A stretch of 62,127 nt of DNA, the filler included, from Anaerolineae bacterium (GTDB lineage: Bacteria; Chloroflexota; Anaerolineae; Epilineales; Epilineaceae), in the NCBI GenBank assembly GCA_029262755.1. It is 5 parts of 5 records of this genome, joined end to end, with 100 filler letters (N's around TTAATTAATTAA, not from the genome) between each part and the next. Parts side by side here need not be neighbours in the genome. Positions count along the whole stretch, not along the records: positions 1 to 13,377 come from JAJCYU010000155.1; 4 more parts are not named here. The stretch is one strand, 5' to 3'. How positions within the stretch are numbered: position 1 is the first letter of the stretch; each line of letters starts with the position of its first letter. The notes below the pieces were generated by a model, which did not search any database, was not told where the DNA came from, and saw only the letters and a program-made list of their open reading frames with translations. Made by a program: the position numbers and the translations under genes. Positions 1 through 9,337 of this stretch are shown here, piece after piece.

Positions 1-170
1 TCCTGTAGGCGTTCAAGCTCGGCTTGGCCATAGCGCCGGTAGCCGGCCTCGCTGCGACCACCCGGCACGACAAGCCCCAACTCGTGGTAGTGGTGCAGCG
101 TGCGAACCGTCACGCCTGACAAGCGCGCGACCTCGCCCACCCCGAGTTGGACCTGCGTTTGCGTCTCCAT
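1..170 (-). CDS. MerR-family (TipA-like) transcriptional regulator, N-terminal part, runs off the window
   Basis: Manual translation from ATG at 170: METQTQVQLGVGEVARLSGVTVRTLHHYHELGLVVPGRSEAGYRRYGQAELERLQ, a typical MerR HTH. Not in the ORF track. Confidence 0.9.
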   Translation of the reverse strand, partial: METQTQVQLGVGEVARLSGVTVRTLHHYHELGLVVPGGRSEAGYRRYGQAELERLQ

Positions 171-176
171 GCTGCA

Positions 177-207
177 AGCCTAAAGCCTGACCTTAGGTGA
201 GGGTCAA
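177..207 (-). promoter_or_regulatory. MerR-type promoter/operator: TTGACC-19 nt-TAGGCT with a dyad in the spacer
   Basis: Minus strand -35 at 202-207 and -10 at 177-182, 19-nt spacer, dyad CCTCACCT-A-AGGTCAGG. ATG lies 6 nt after the -10 box, so the transcript is probably leaderless. Confidence 0.8.
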
Positions 208-240
208 GGGGTTCCTTGAAATTGGGTCCCGCGGCAGCCT

Positions 241-2535
241 TTAGGTCACCGCGACGCCTTCGGTCGCACCGAGAACCTCAGAATCGATGGAGCTCTTGTC
301 ACGCCACGTTGCCGCGTAGCGCATGCCGATCGTGCGGATCTGCGTGCCCTTGTCGTATTCAAAGGTGCCGAATTGCTCGACCGGCGGACGCAGGTAGCGA
401 TCGGCGCTGACCTCGGCCTCGCGTTGGTGCCGCAGTCCGGCCAGCTCGAGCGCGCGGGTGAGGATGACCTGGATGCCCGGCATGTCGGACTTCTTGCCCC
501 ACGGGTTGATGCGGCGCCAGAAGAGCTGGTAGCCCGAAAGGCCGTTGTCTCCGTAGGGCTGCACCGGCGGCAGGTTGACCGAGGGCATCACGTCGACCGC
601 GATGACCTCGCCGCAGCCGAAGAGCTGGCGGATGAGGTCGACGGGCATGTTGTTGATGATGAAGCCATCGGCCAGCAGCGCGCCGTCGGCGGTCACGACG
701 GGTGGCGCGAGGCCGGCCGGCGCGTTGCTGGCGCGCACGGCCTCACGCAGAACACCACTGCGCAAGTAGGTCTCGCCGGCCTCGGTGAGGTTGGCCGACA
801 TAAAGAACGTGGGCAGCCACAGATCGTCCAGATCGACCTCCCCGTAGACCTTGCGCAGCGCCGCCTCGAAGTTCCGTGCGCTGGATAGCGCGACGACGGG
901 CAGCGTGCGGTCCAAGAACTCGTCGGCCAAGTACTGGGCCTGTTTCATCGTGATGTCGGGGTCCCATTCCTGCCCGATCATCGAGGCGACGACCGCGCCC
1001 ATGCTGACGCCGGCCAGGCAGTCGATGGGCTGGCCCGCGGCCTGGAAGGCTTCGACCACGCCGACGTGCGCGAAGCCGCGCGCGCCCCCGCCGCTAAGCA
1101 CGAGCCCCACGGCGCGTCCGATCGCGAAGCGAGCCACGCGGTCCATATCCGACGCGTTGTCGGCCCGGACATGATGGTGCATGCGCAGCCAAGGCCTTCG
1201 ATGCAGCCATTCCCGCGTGCGGGAAGGCGTGGTTGTGCCCGCGGGATGGACCAGCACGAGCCGCCTGTGGTTGTGGCGCGGATCCTCGCGCGTCGCCTCG
1301 ACGAGTTCGGTGCGCACCGCGGCTTCTACGGGCCCCAGGTCCACGTCCGGATCCTCTTCCACGAAGTCGACGAAGAGCACGTCATCGGCCTGGTGCAAGC
1401 AGCGGCGGGCCCACGCGATGTCGTCGTCGGCCACGTAGACAAGGGCGTCGTGCCAATGCTCCTGCGCCAGCAGCCAGAGGTCGGTGAATCGATGCTTGTG
1501 CCGCGCATCCAGCACGTCTGAGAGGCCGCTATCGGCCATAGCCCTGTCGATGCGTTCGTGCGAGATCAGGGCCACGTCCGGCGTCTCGCCTGCGGCGACC
1601 TCCATGCGCTTCAGCGCATCGATGAACGAGGGCACGAAATCGCCCATCCGCTCCGTGTCGCCCGCCGGCAGCAGGGCGATATGCTTCTTCTGGCGCCGCC
1701 ATCGCCGCTCTGCTTCGATGAGACGATTGGCCACGGAACGCATGAGGTGCCCGATCACCTGCGGCCGATCCTCGACATGTGTCCGCACCGCATCCGCATC
1801 GACCCAGAGGAACTCCGTATTGTGCGCGGCACGCACGGACCCGATGCTCGGCCGCCGCGAGAGGACCTCGAGCGAGCCCAGTTCCTCGCCGTGCTCGATC
1901 AGGCCGACGACCTGCTCCCCCTTCTCGCTTGATTTCTCCACGATCTCAAGCGCTCCGGTGAGGACGATGGCCAGACCGTCCACGGGTTCGCCGGAGCGGC
2001 GCAACATCCGTCCGGCCTCGATGGACCGCCACTGCATGCGGTCGCCGAGCGTGTGGTAGGCCTCGTTGCCCTCGGCGCCAAGCAGATGGCGTAGCGCCCA
2101 TGCGATTTGCTCGCTGCGCATGCGCTCTTCGAGGATGCGCACCACATGGGCTCCCTGCTCGGGGTTGGCCACGATGAGCTCATCGACGTCATCGATGACC
2201 ACGACGCGCAGATCTTCGAGAGCACGGGCGGTATAGGGCGACTCCGTTTTCAAGAAAAAGCCCAACTCGCCGAAGGTGGTGCCCTCCAGGTGGCGCGTCA
2301 GGCGGTGCACCTCGTCCCCGTCGCCGACGAGGGTCTCCACCGCACCCTGGGCAATGTAGAACATCGCCCCGACGCGGTCGCCGGATTCGAACAGGACATC
2401 GCCGGCTACCAACTCACGCACCTCATGCGCGATGGAGCCGAGGGCGTCTGCGGGAAACACATGGAACAACTCGGTCTTCGCCAGGCCATCGCGCCAGCCG
2501 TCGGAAGCCGAGGCCGCGTTCGCGGGCTCGGTCAT
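241..2535 (-). CDS. cNMP-binding and patatin-like phospholipase domain protein (NTE-like)
   Basis: Two cNMP-binding domains (FGELGF, EELGSLE), GGGARG oxyanion motif, GVSMG nucleophile, catalytic Asp in DGF. Confidence 0.92.
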   Translation of the reverse strand: MTEPANAASASDGWRDGLAKTELFHVFPADALGSIAHEVRELVAGDVLFESGDRVGAMFYIAQGAVETLVGDGDEVHRLTRHLEGTTFGELGFFLKTESPYTARALEDLRVVVIDDVDELIVANPEQGAHVVRILEERMRSEQIAWALRHLLGAEGNEAYHTLGDRMQWRSIEAGRMLRRSGEPVDGLAIVLTGALEIVEKSSEKGEQVVGLIEHGEELGSLEVLSRRPSIGSVRAAHNTEFLWVDADAVRTHVEDRPQVIGHLMRSVANRLIEAERRWRRQKKHIALLPAGDTERMGDFVPSFIDALKRMEVAAGETPDVALISHERIDRAMADSGLSDVLDARHKHRFTDLWLLAQEHWHDALVYVADDDIAWARRCLHQADDVLFVDFVEEDPDVDLGPVEAAVRTELVEATREDPRHNHRRLVLVHPAGTTTPSRTREWLHRRPWLRMHHHVRADNASDMDRVARFAIGRAVGLVLSGGGARGFAHVGVVEAFQAAGQPIDCLAGVSMGAVVASMIGQEWDPDITMKQAQYLADEFLDRTLPVVALSSARNFEAALRKVYGEVDLDDLWLPTFFMSANLTEAGETYLRSGVLREAVRASNAPAGLAPPVVTADGALLADGFIINNMPVDLIRQLFGCGEVIAVDVMPSVNLPPVQPYGDNGLSGYQLFWRRINPWGKKSDMPGIQVILTRALELAGLRHQREAEVSADRYLRPPVEQFGTFEYDKGTQIRTIGMRYAATWRDKSSIDSEVLGATEGVAVT

Positions 2536-2693
2536 GGTGATCGCTCCTCCTCCTGCAGGGCACCGTCACGCGAGGGGGGAGCGACGCACGGACCCAAGGC
2601 TCATCAAGGGCCAGGATAACACGCTATGCGTCGCGGAGGTATCGGACGAATAGACGGAAGCGCGAGAGGCGAGTCGGGTGGGCGCATCCCCGC

Positions 2694-3527
2694 CTAGCGT
2701 GCGTCGGTCGCCGACGGTGCGTCGAACACGAACGTGTGGATCTTCATGCCTCGGCGCGGCGCAGCCACGGCACCTGCATAGCCGGACGGGTCGGGTATCG
2801 GCGCGAGCGTCCAACCCGCGGCGGCCTCACTATCCCCGTCGAACGAAACCAGACGCGGCGTCGCGCTCAACGTCCCCGTAGGCGGCTGCGCTTGCTTGCC
2901 GGCATCGGGTTCGCCGGCCTTGGATTCGCTGCCCTTCGCAGCGCCACCCTTCGCATCGCTGCCCTTCGTCTCCCATCGGACCTCGAAGCGGTCGGGGCGA
3001 AACTGCAGCCCGAGGCCCATCGCCTTCACGACGGCCTCCTTGCATACCCACAGGCGTACGAAGCCTTCGGACCACTCCGCCTCCGGGCGCGCAAGCAGCG
3101 TTTCGCGCTCCTCCGTAGCCAGGTAGCGCTCGGCCAGGGCCTCGATCTGGCGGAGCGGGCGCAGGTGCTCTACATCCACGCCGACCTCCACGCTCTTCGT
3201 GATCGCCACGACCGCCCGCTCATGGGAGTGGCTGACGTTGAAGGCCACGCTGGCGCTCACGTCGTCGTCGAGGCGCGGCTTGCCGTACAGCCCGTGGATA
3301 AAAGACAACGTGGGCGCGGGCTGCCCCGCATATCCCGACAGGATCGCACGCAACGCGGCACGCGCAACGAGCGCGCGGCGACGCAGCTCCGGACGGCCAA
3401 AGCGGGATAGCCCCTCCGTCTCGGCCTGGCTCAGCAGGGCGGCGAGGGTGGTCTCCTCTTCCGGCGTCACGTCGAGGTTCACCTGCCAGAGGTGGATCTC
3501 GTTCGCGCGCGGGACGCCGGGCTTCAG
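2694..3527 (-). CDS. 4'-phosphopantetheinyl transferase, Sfp type
   Basis: GKP, FNVSHS, VGVDVE and WVCKEAVVKA motifs. Start uncertain; a CTG at 3527 overlapping the upstream TGA is proposed. Confidence 0.9.
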   Translation of the reverse strand: MKPGVPRANEIHLWQVNLDVTPEEETTLAALLSQAETEGLSRFGRPELRRRALVARAALRAILSGYAGQPAPTLSFIHGLYGKPRLDDDVSASVAFNVSHSHERAVVAITKSVEVGVDVEHLRPLRQIEALAERYLATEERETLLARPEAEWSEGFVRLWVCKEAVVKAMGLGLQFRPDRFEVRWETKGSDAKGGAAKGSESKAGEPDAGKQAQPPTGTLSATPRLVSFDGDSEAAAGWTLAPIPDPSGYAGAVAAPRRGMKIHTFVFDAPSATDAR

Positions 3528-4744
3528 GCCGGCACCTCGGACAGGTGGGCAAGGTAGGCCCGTGCGAAAGCGTCTTCGCGGTCGCCTAGACCGCGATCCG
3601 CCGTCAATCCGTGAATGATCAACTCCTCGTCGGTGAGCTTGCCGCCGCCAAGGGCTAGGTCGGTCAGCACGACGTGAATGGATGCCGGCACCAAGGATAC
3701 CTCCTCGATATAGCGCCACCACGCCAGGACCGGATCGAGCTTGAAAGGCCCTACGAAGACAACCTGCGCCGAATACCCCGCGGGGCCAACCGCTAGCAGG
3801 TGCGGCGAAGGATAGGCGTCCGCGGGATCGGGCACGGGCCCCACGATGGTCACACGGCTTCGGCGCGTGGCGGACGATGCGAGCACGCAGGCCGCTTCCA
3901 ATGCTTCGGCGCGCTCGGGCAGAGCATGTCGATCCGTGGTGAACATCAGCTCGTGCTCGGGCAGGCCGGCCACAAAGTCGCCCCGCCGATGCTCGCTCAA
4001 CGCGCCCGATGCAGGGCCCGTCAGCAAGGTGAGCCGGTGTTCGCTTGACGCTGCGTGTCGGACGAGGATCGCGGCGAGGTCGGCGTCACGGTCCACCAGC
4101 AGCGGCAACGAGGCGTCGACCGCCGCCGGGACCGCGCCGCCCTCCGCGAGGTAGCGCAGGGCATGGCCCTCCGCCAGCTGCGCGCCCTCGGGTGATTCCA
4201 GGTGCCGCACCGCCTCAAGCGCCATCGTCCGTCTGCCGGGCTCCATTGAGAGCAGATCCTTCCGCAGTCGATCGACGGAGCCGCGGTCGCCCAACTCCAC
4301 GAGCGCCGCGCTGGCCGCGATGCGCGGCGCATGCTCGAGCTCACGCGTCGCCTCGCGCAGGACACGTTCCGCGACCGGATCGTGGGTGGCGCCCAGGATG
4401 TCCATGAGGCGCGCTCTGTGGCTCGGCGCAAGGCTGCGGTCGCGCGCTTCGCGCGCCACGATGGGCGTCAGGCGATGCCCGTAGGCGCGCACGGTGCCGA
4501 GCAGGTTGCGATCACCGTGCATCACATAGGCGCGCACGAGCGGGCGGGCCGCCTCGTCCGGGCACATCGCGGCCACGAGCAGCGCGGCTTCGGCGCGCAC
4601 CGCGGGCGTGGGCGACATCAAGCGCCGGCCGAGCGTGTGGAACGCGATCCCGCCTTCCGCGTCGCGGACAGGCGGCGCTACGGGCACGACGCGGTGCGTC
4701 ACGCGCCGACGTCCCAAGCCAAGCAGCCTGCGCAGAATGCCCAT
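3524..4744 (-). CDS. HEAT-repeat protein of unknown function (paralog of 23459-24703)
   Basis: HEAT-like units (PAVRAEAALL, PRIAASAALVELGD). Start MGILRRLLG chosen by similarity to the paralog MGVLGNLFG. Confidence 0.75.
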   Translation of the reverse strand: MGILRRLLGLGRRRVTHRVVPVAPPVRDAEGGIAFHTLGRRLMSPTPAVRAEAALLVAAMCPDEAARPLVRAYVMHGDRNLLGTVRAYGHRLTPIVAREARDRSLAPSHRARLMDILGATHDPVAERVLREATRELEHAPRIAASAALVELGDRGSVDRLRKDLLSMEPGRRTMALEAVRHLESPEGAQLAEGHALRYLAEGGAVPAAVDASLPLLVDRDADLAAILVRHAASSEHRLTLLTGPASGALSEHRRGDFVAGLPEHELMFTTDRHALPERAEALEAACVLASSATRRSRVTIVGPVPDPADAYPSPHLLAVGPAGYSAQVVFVGPFKLDPVLAWWRYIEEVSLVPASIHVVLTDLALGGGKLTDEELIIHGLTADRGLGDREDAFARAYLAHLSEVPA

Positions 4745-4994
4745 CGAGCGGTCGCTTCTCCTCGTGTGCCGTGTCGTCCACCGAACCGGAACGTATCCTA
4801 GACTGTAATCCTCGCGAGCGGCGGCGCCAACATGCCCGGTTGCGCCGGCCTGCCGGGTTGAAGCACCGGCAGAAGACCGATTGCACCCCGCATTGCGACT
4901 CCTTAATCGCGGAGCAAACACGCCGCAACCGCGCCCACCTACCCTGGCGAACGTCGCTTCCCGCGGCCCATCCACCCTGCCTCTGGAGCTCCCC

Positions 4995-7900
4995 ATGAAC
5001 CGATTGCAGCCGGTCGTACCCGCCCGCTCTCGCCCATCGCACGGCCCGCGTGCGGTGCGTGCGCTACGCTGGACCTTGCTCGGGTTCGTCATACCCTGCC
5101 TGGCCTTCGCCTTGCACGGCGCCAATACGGCCCCGCCCCTGGCAGCCCAAAACCTGCCGAGCACCGACTCCTTCGTCGACGTCGATGTCTACGGCTCCAC
5201 GATCATCATGCAGACCTTGCCGGCTGAGATCGTGTTGGCCGAGTTGTTGGGCGCCGACGGAACCCAGAAAGCAACGGGCCAAGGCTTTGCGGACGGCGCG
5301 GGCAGCGCGAACGTCCAGTTCTTCGCCTTCGGAGGGCCCGATGTCGATCCCGTGATGCGACCGGGCGACCAGGTGCGCCTGGCCAGCCTCGGTGCAGCGG
5401 TGCGTGAGATCACGATCCCGCCCTTCTCCGCCGCGGTCGACGTCGGCGCGGATCGCATCGCGGGAGCCGGCACCGCGGGTTCCGAGATCGCGATCGCGCT
5501 GCACCTGGCGGACGGTTCGCGCCTCGAGCGATCGGTGGTCGTGGACGGGCAGGGTGCATGGATTCTCGACCTTGCCGGTGAGGTGGACTTACCGCCCGGT
5601 GGTGTCACGGGCACGGCTCGCATGACCGAAGGCGATGTGCGCTTCACGCTGCCCTTCGGCGTGTTCCGCGCGGAGCTCGTGCTCGGCGCCGCGGAGATCA
5701 CGGGCGGCGCCGGCGGTGGCGACACCGTGTACGCCGCGGTCTCCGGGCCAGGCGGACCGACCCTCCAAGCGCCACCGACAGAGGTCGTGGGCGGGCCCGC
5801 GTGGGCCCTTTCCCTCGGTGCCAGGCAGGGCGGCTTCGGACCCGGACCGGGACCCGGCCAGGGCCCCGGCCAAGGCCCGCGCCATCTGGCCGCGGGCGAT
5901 ACGGTCACCCTGACGCACCGCGCCGCAGGCGCAACGCAGGTGCACAGCACGACGCTACCCGCCCTCTCCCTGACGTTGGATTCGTCCAGCGACAGCCTCC
6001 AAGGCACGGCCTTGCCGGGCGCGATGCTGCGCATCGAGGCCGAATCGCTCGACGGCGGTTCCGCCCAGGCCGATGCCGTGGCGGATGAGAACGGTGCGTT
6101 CCAAGTGGATCTGTCGGACCAAGCAGATCTGGGACCCGGCTGGCGCGCCCGCGCCTGGTTGGACATCAGCCCGGAACTGCGGGTTGGCGCTGTCGCCGTC
6201 GTACCGCTAGTGCGCTTCGGCGTCAGCATGCAGACCATCCATGGTCTGGCCGATCCCGGCCACTCGATCACCGTCACATTGCGCTCTTCGGACGGCGGCA
6301 CGGAGGGTGAGCAGGTCAGCACGCCCAGTGCGGACGGCCGCTTTGCCGTGGCGCTCGGCAGCTTCTTCCTCGGCCCTTCCGAGCCGGGTCCGGATGCAGA
6401 AATCAACGAAGGCGATCGCATCGAGGTGGCCGTCGTGGCCGGCGACCCCTGGGTCGCCACCGTACCGCGCCTCACCGCCGTCGCGGACCCGGAAGGCGAC
6501 GTTGTCACGGGCGAAGCACCGCCCGGATCGACCATCCGTTTGATCGGTCCCCCCAACGGCGACGAAACCGCGACGGTCGGCCCGGACGGCACCTATCGCG
6601 TACCGTGGCCCGGCCTCGTCGCCCCTGCGTCGGGGCAGGTGGCCATCCGCCTCAACGGCCCCTTCGAAGCCTATACCAACGTCTCCGCCACCTCTCTTTC
6701 GGTCCAGCTCGGCGGCGGCTTCGTGTTCGGCAACGGCCCGCCGGGCCGACGCGTCTCCGGCGCGATCGTGGCGCCGGATGGTCGTGAGATCGCCCGCGCC
6801 TCGGACCGCGTGATCGACATGACCTCGTTGAATGCCGTGATCATCCGCGTCGGTGGTGTGGGCGGGCTGGATGCCTTTGGGTTGGACTTCCGCGACCTGG
6901 CCGACATGCCGGTGCCCATCGCCCCCGGCGACCGGATTCGCGTCACCGTCGGCGACGACGAGATCGAGATGACGGTACCGCCGCTGGACGGTGTTGCGTT
7001 CCTGGCCGACGACGCGGTCGTCGGGCACACCGCACCCAACGGCATCGTGCGCCTCGCGCTTCGGCCGTCTGCAGGCGGCCTTGGGGTGCGCGGCGAAGCG
7101 ACCGCGGATGATACCGGCGCCTATACCTACGACTTCGGCGAGCAGGCCGACCTGGCACACAACGATTCGATTCAGTTGGCCACCTTCACCGGAGCGCCGG
7201 ATTCCCAGCACACCGTCACCCGCTACGCAGCGGTGCCCGGGCTGACCATCGACCTCGATACGAGCGTGCTGACCGGCACGGTTGCGCCCAACGCCCGATT
7301 GCCGATCACGGTGCGCCGTAGCGGAGGCATCCTCGCACGCACCAGTAGCGTCGCCGACGAATCGGGCCTGTTTTCCGTGGCCCTGCGCGACGGCACCGGG
7401 GCGCCCTTCCCCTTCCGGGAGGGCGACCAGATCGAGGTGGCGCCGGAAGAGCAGAACCTGCCCACCCAAACGCTGACCGTGCCCCGCCTCACGATCGATC
7501 CCGACCCCACCGCGAACCGCGTCGACGGGAGCGCGAGCCCCGGCGGCTCGCTCATCGTGCTGGCGACCAACGGCGTCCGCCGCGACCTGGGCGAGGGCCT
7601 CGCGCAGGCGTGGCCCGAGATCGGCGCTGACGGTCGCTGGGTGGCCGACTTCGTACCACGCTTCCCCATCGAGCCGGGCCGCGCGTACACGGCGCAATAC
7701 CGGTTGCCGGAAGGCCACGCGGCCACGCGCACGCGCTACGTGCCCCTGCTGGGCGTGGAGCACGGCGGCTCGACCGCCTGCGGCGTCACGGCACCCAACA
7801 CGCCGGTCTCCGCCCGCCAGCTCGACGGCGGCGCGGAGGTCGCGGCCGGCGCCGGACGCTCCGGAGCCGGCTCGCGCTACGGCATCCGCCTGACGACGCC

Positions 7901-9050
7901 CGACGGAGCGCCCGCCCGCATGGGTGACGGCGCTCGCGTGGAGGCCGACCTGGCCGGAACGGCGGCTGCGTTGACCCTGCCGGAGCTGTCCGTCGATGTC
8001 GACTGGGAGTCCGGCCAGATCTCCGGCAGCGGGCCGCCGAACCTGTTCTACCGCTGGCTCTATCCCGCACGCCGCTGTTTGGACACGGGCGACCCCTTCG
8101 TGGACTTCACCGCGGTCCTCGGCGGCTTCAGCGGCGAACAAGGCCGCATCGGTGGCTTCCTGCTGCCCTACGTCACCCCCGGCGAAGGCATGACCCTTGA
8201 GTTGAGCGACGAGAACGGCCACCGCATCTTCCGCGACGTGTGGCGGGCGTTGGCCGAGATCCACGTCGGCGATGACCGCGTAACCGGCGTCGCGGACGGC
8301 GGCGCGCCCGTGACCGCGACGCTCCGCGCGGCGGACGGCACGGCCAAGGCGACCGCCGCCGACGTCGCCGATCCGTTGAGCGGTGCGTACCTGCTGCGCT
8401 TCGCAGACCCGGGCGACGCGGACACGCCGGTCACCATAACCCCCGGCGACACGGTCGAGCTGCATGCCGGCGACGGCGCGGCGACCGACCCGTGGAGCTC
8501 GGCGCAACGCGCGACAATCCGCGTCGAGGCGCTGTCCTTCGACTGGGCCGCCGGTCGGCCGATCGACGGCGTCGCCCCGCCCAACCGAGGCGTGACGCTC
8601 CGCCTGCGCCTAGGCGATGGTCGGACCCTGAACGTAACCCGCGAGAGCAATGACGCCGGCCGCTTCACGCTCGGCCCCAACGACGTCCCACCGCGCGCCG
8701 ATTGGCTTTGGTCCGACATCGTCGCGATCCAGGCGCGGCTCGAGACGCCACGCGGCCACGTGCTCGTGGCGCAAACGGAGGGCTTCGCCCCGGGCCAGCG
8801 ACCGGACGACGGGCGCACGATCTTCCTACCGTACGGCGTAGCGTCTGGCGGTCAGAGCAACGCGCTGGACGCGGGGCATGCGCTGCCGGCGGACACGTTG
8901 CGTGCGCGACCCGCGGACGTGGTGCGAGCCGGATGGGAAGCACCCGCCTCCGCGGCGCAACGAGGCCAGCTGCCGGGTTTCCATCATGCTCGTCGCGCGC
9001 TGCAAACCATCCTATGGTCCGCTGCGATCCAGGACCACGTGCGCGAGTAG
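4995..9050 (+). CDS. Large secreted protein with repeated Ig-like beta-sandwich modules
   Basis: Signal-peptide-like N-terminus (WTLLGFVIPCLAFALHGA); recurring PGDxV/I, DxVxGxA and ADxxGxF units; RTIFLPYG motif near the C-terminus. Confidence 0.75.
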   Translation: MNRLQPVVPARSRPSHGPRAVRALRWTLLGFVIPCLAFALHGANTAPPLAAQNLPSTDSFVDVDVYGSTIIMQTLPAEIVLAELLGADGTQKATGQGFADGAGSANVQFFAFGGPDVDPVMRPGDQVRLASLGAAVREITIPPFSAAVDVGADRIAGAGTAGSEIAIALHLADGSRLERSVVVDGQGAWILDLAGEVDLPPGGVTGTARMTEGDVRFTLPFGVFRAELVLGAAEITGGAGGGDTVYAAVSGPGGPTLQAPPTEVVGGPAWALSLGARQGGFGPGPGPGQGPGQGPRHLAAGDTVTLTHRAAGATQVHSTTLPALSLTLDSSSDSLQGTALPGAMLRIEAESLDGGSAQADAVADENGAFQVDLSDQADLGPGWRARAWLDISPELRVGAVAVVPLVRFGVSMQTIHGLADPGHSITVTLRSSDGGTEGEQVSTPSADGRFAVALGSFFLGPSEPGPDAEINEGDRIEVAVVAGDPWVATVPRLTAVADPEGDVVTGEAPPGSTIRLIGPPNGDETATVGPDGTYRVPWPGLVAPASGQVAIRLNGPFEAYTNVSATSLSVQLGGGFVFGNGPPGRRVSGAIVAPDGREIARASDRVIDMTSLNAVIIRVGGVGGLDAFGLDFRDLADMPVPIAPGDRIRVTVGDDEIEMTVPPLDGVAFLADDAVVGHTAPNGIVRLALRPSAGGLGVRGEATADDTGAYTYDFGEQADLAHNDSIQLATFTGAPDSQHTVTRYAAVPGLTIDLDTSVLTGTVAPNARLPITVRRSGGILARTSSVADESGLFSVALRDGTGAPFPFREGDQIEVAPEEQNLPTQTLTVPRLTIDPDPTANRVDGSASPGGSLIVLATNGVRRDLGEGLAQAWPEIGADGRWVADFVPRFPIEPGRAYTAQYRLPEGHAATRTRYVPLLGVEHGGSTACGVTAPNTPVSARQLDGGAEVAAGAGRSGAGSRYGIRLTTPDGAPARMGDGARVEADLAGTAAALTLPELSVDVDWESGQISGSGPPNLFYRWLYPARRCLDTGDPFVDFTAVLGGFSGEQGRIGGFLLPYVTPGEGMTLELSDENGHRIFRDVWRALAEIHVGDDRVTGVADGGAPVTATLRAADGTAKATAADVADPLSGAYLLRFADPGDADTPVTITPGDTVELHAGDGAATDPWSSAQRATIRVEALSFDWAAGRPIDGVAPPNRGVTLRLRLGDGRTLNVTRESNDAGRFTLGPNDVPPRADWLWSDIVAIQARLETPRGHVLVAQTEGFAPGQRPDDGRTIFLPYGVASGGQSNALDAGHALPADTLRARPADVVRAGWEAPASAAQRGQLPGFHHARRALQTILWSAAIQDHVRE

Positions 9051-9337
9051 CAATCACCTCGCCGGACGTTCGCCGCTGCCCTGCTCGCGCGTTCGGCGTT
9101 CCACGATAATCCCACGAGCGCGGCCTCGCATGATGCGTGGCCGCGCTCGTGGTCGTGGTCGTGGTCGTGGAGCCGGATCGGACCCGACATCCCGTTCTTC
9201 CTACGGTGCCATCTCGCACGCTCGGCGACGTTGCGATGCGCTCCCCGAGTCCATTTGACGCCATCCCTTCGCCTTGGCATCCTGGCTCCAACCCATCCGC
9301 CATCGGTCCCGCCGCCCTGGGCGGCGAAAGGTGAGAC

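Noticed and set aside
2694..3527. PPTase as a marker of an NRPS/PKS cluster
   Set aside because: No carrier-protein, adenylation or ketosynthase genes in the window.
6207..8507. 766-aa minus-strand ORF
   Set aside because: Antisense shadow of the 4995-9050 gene, with no recognisable motifs.
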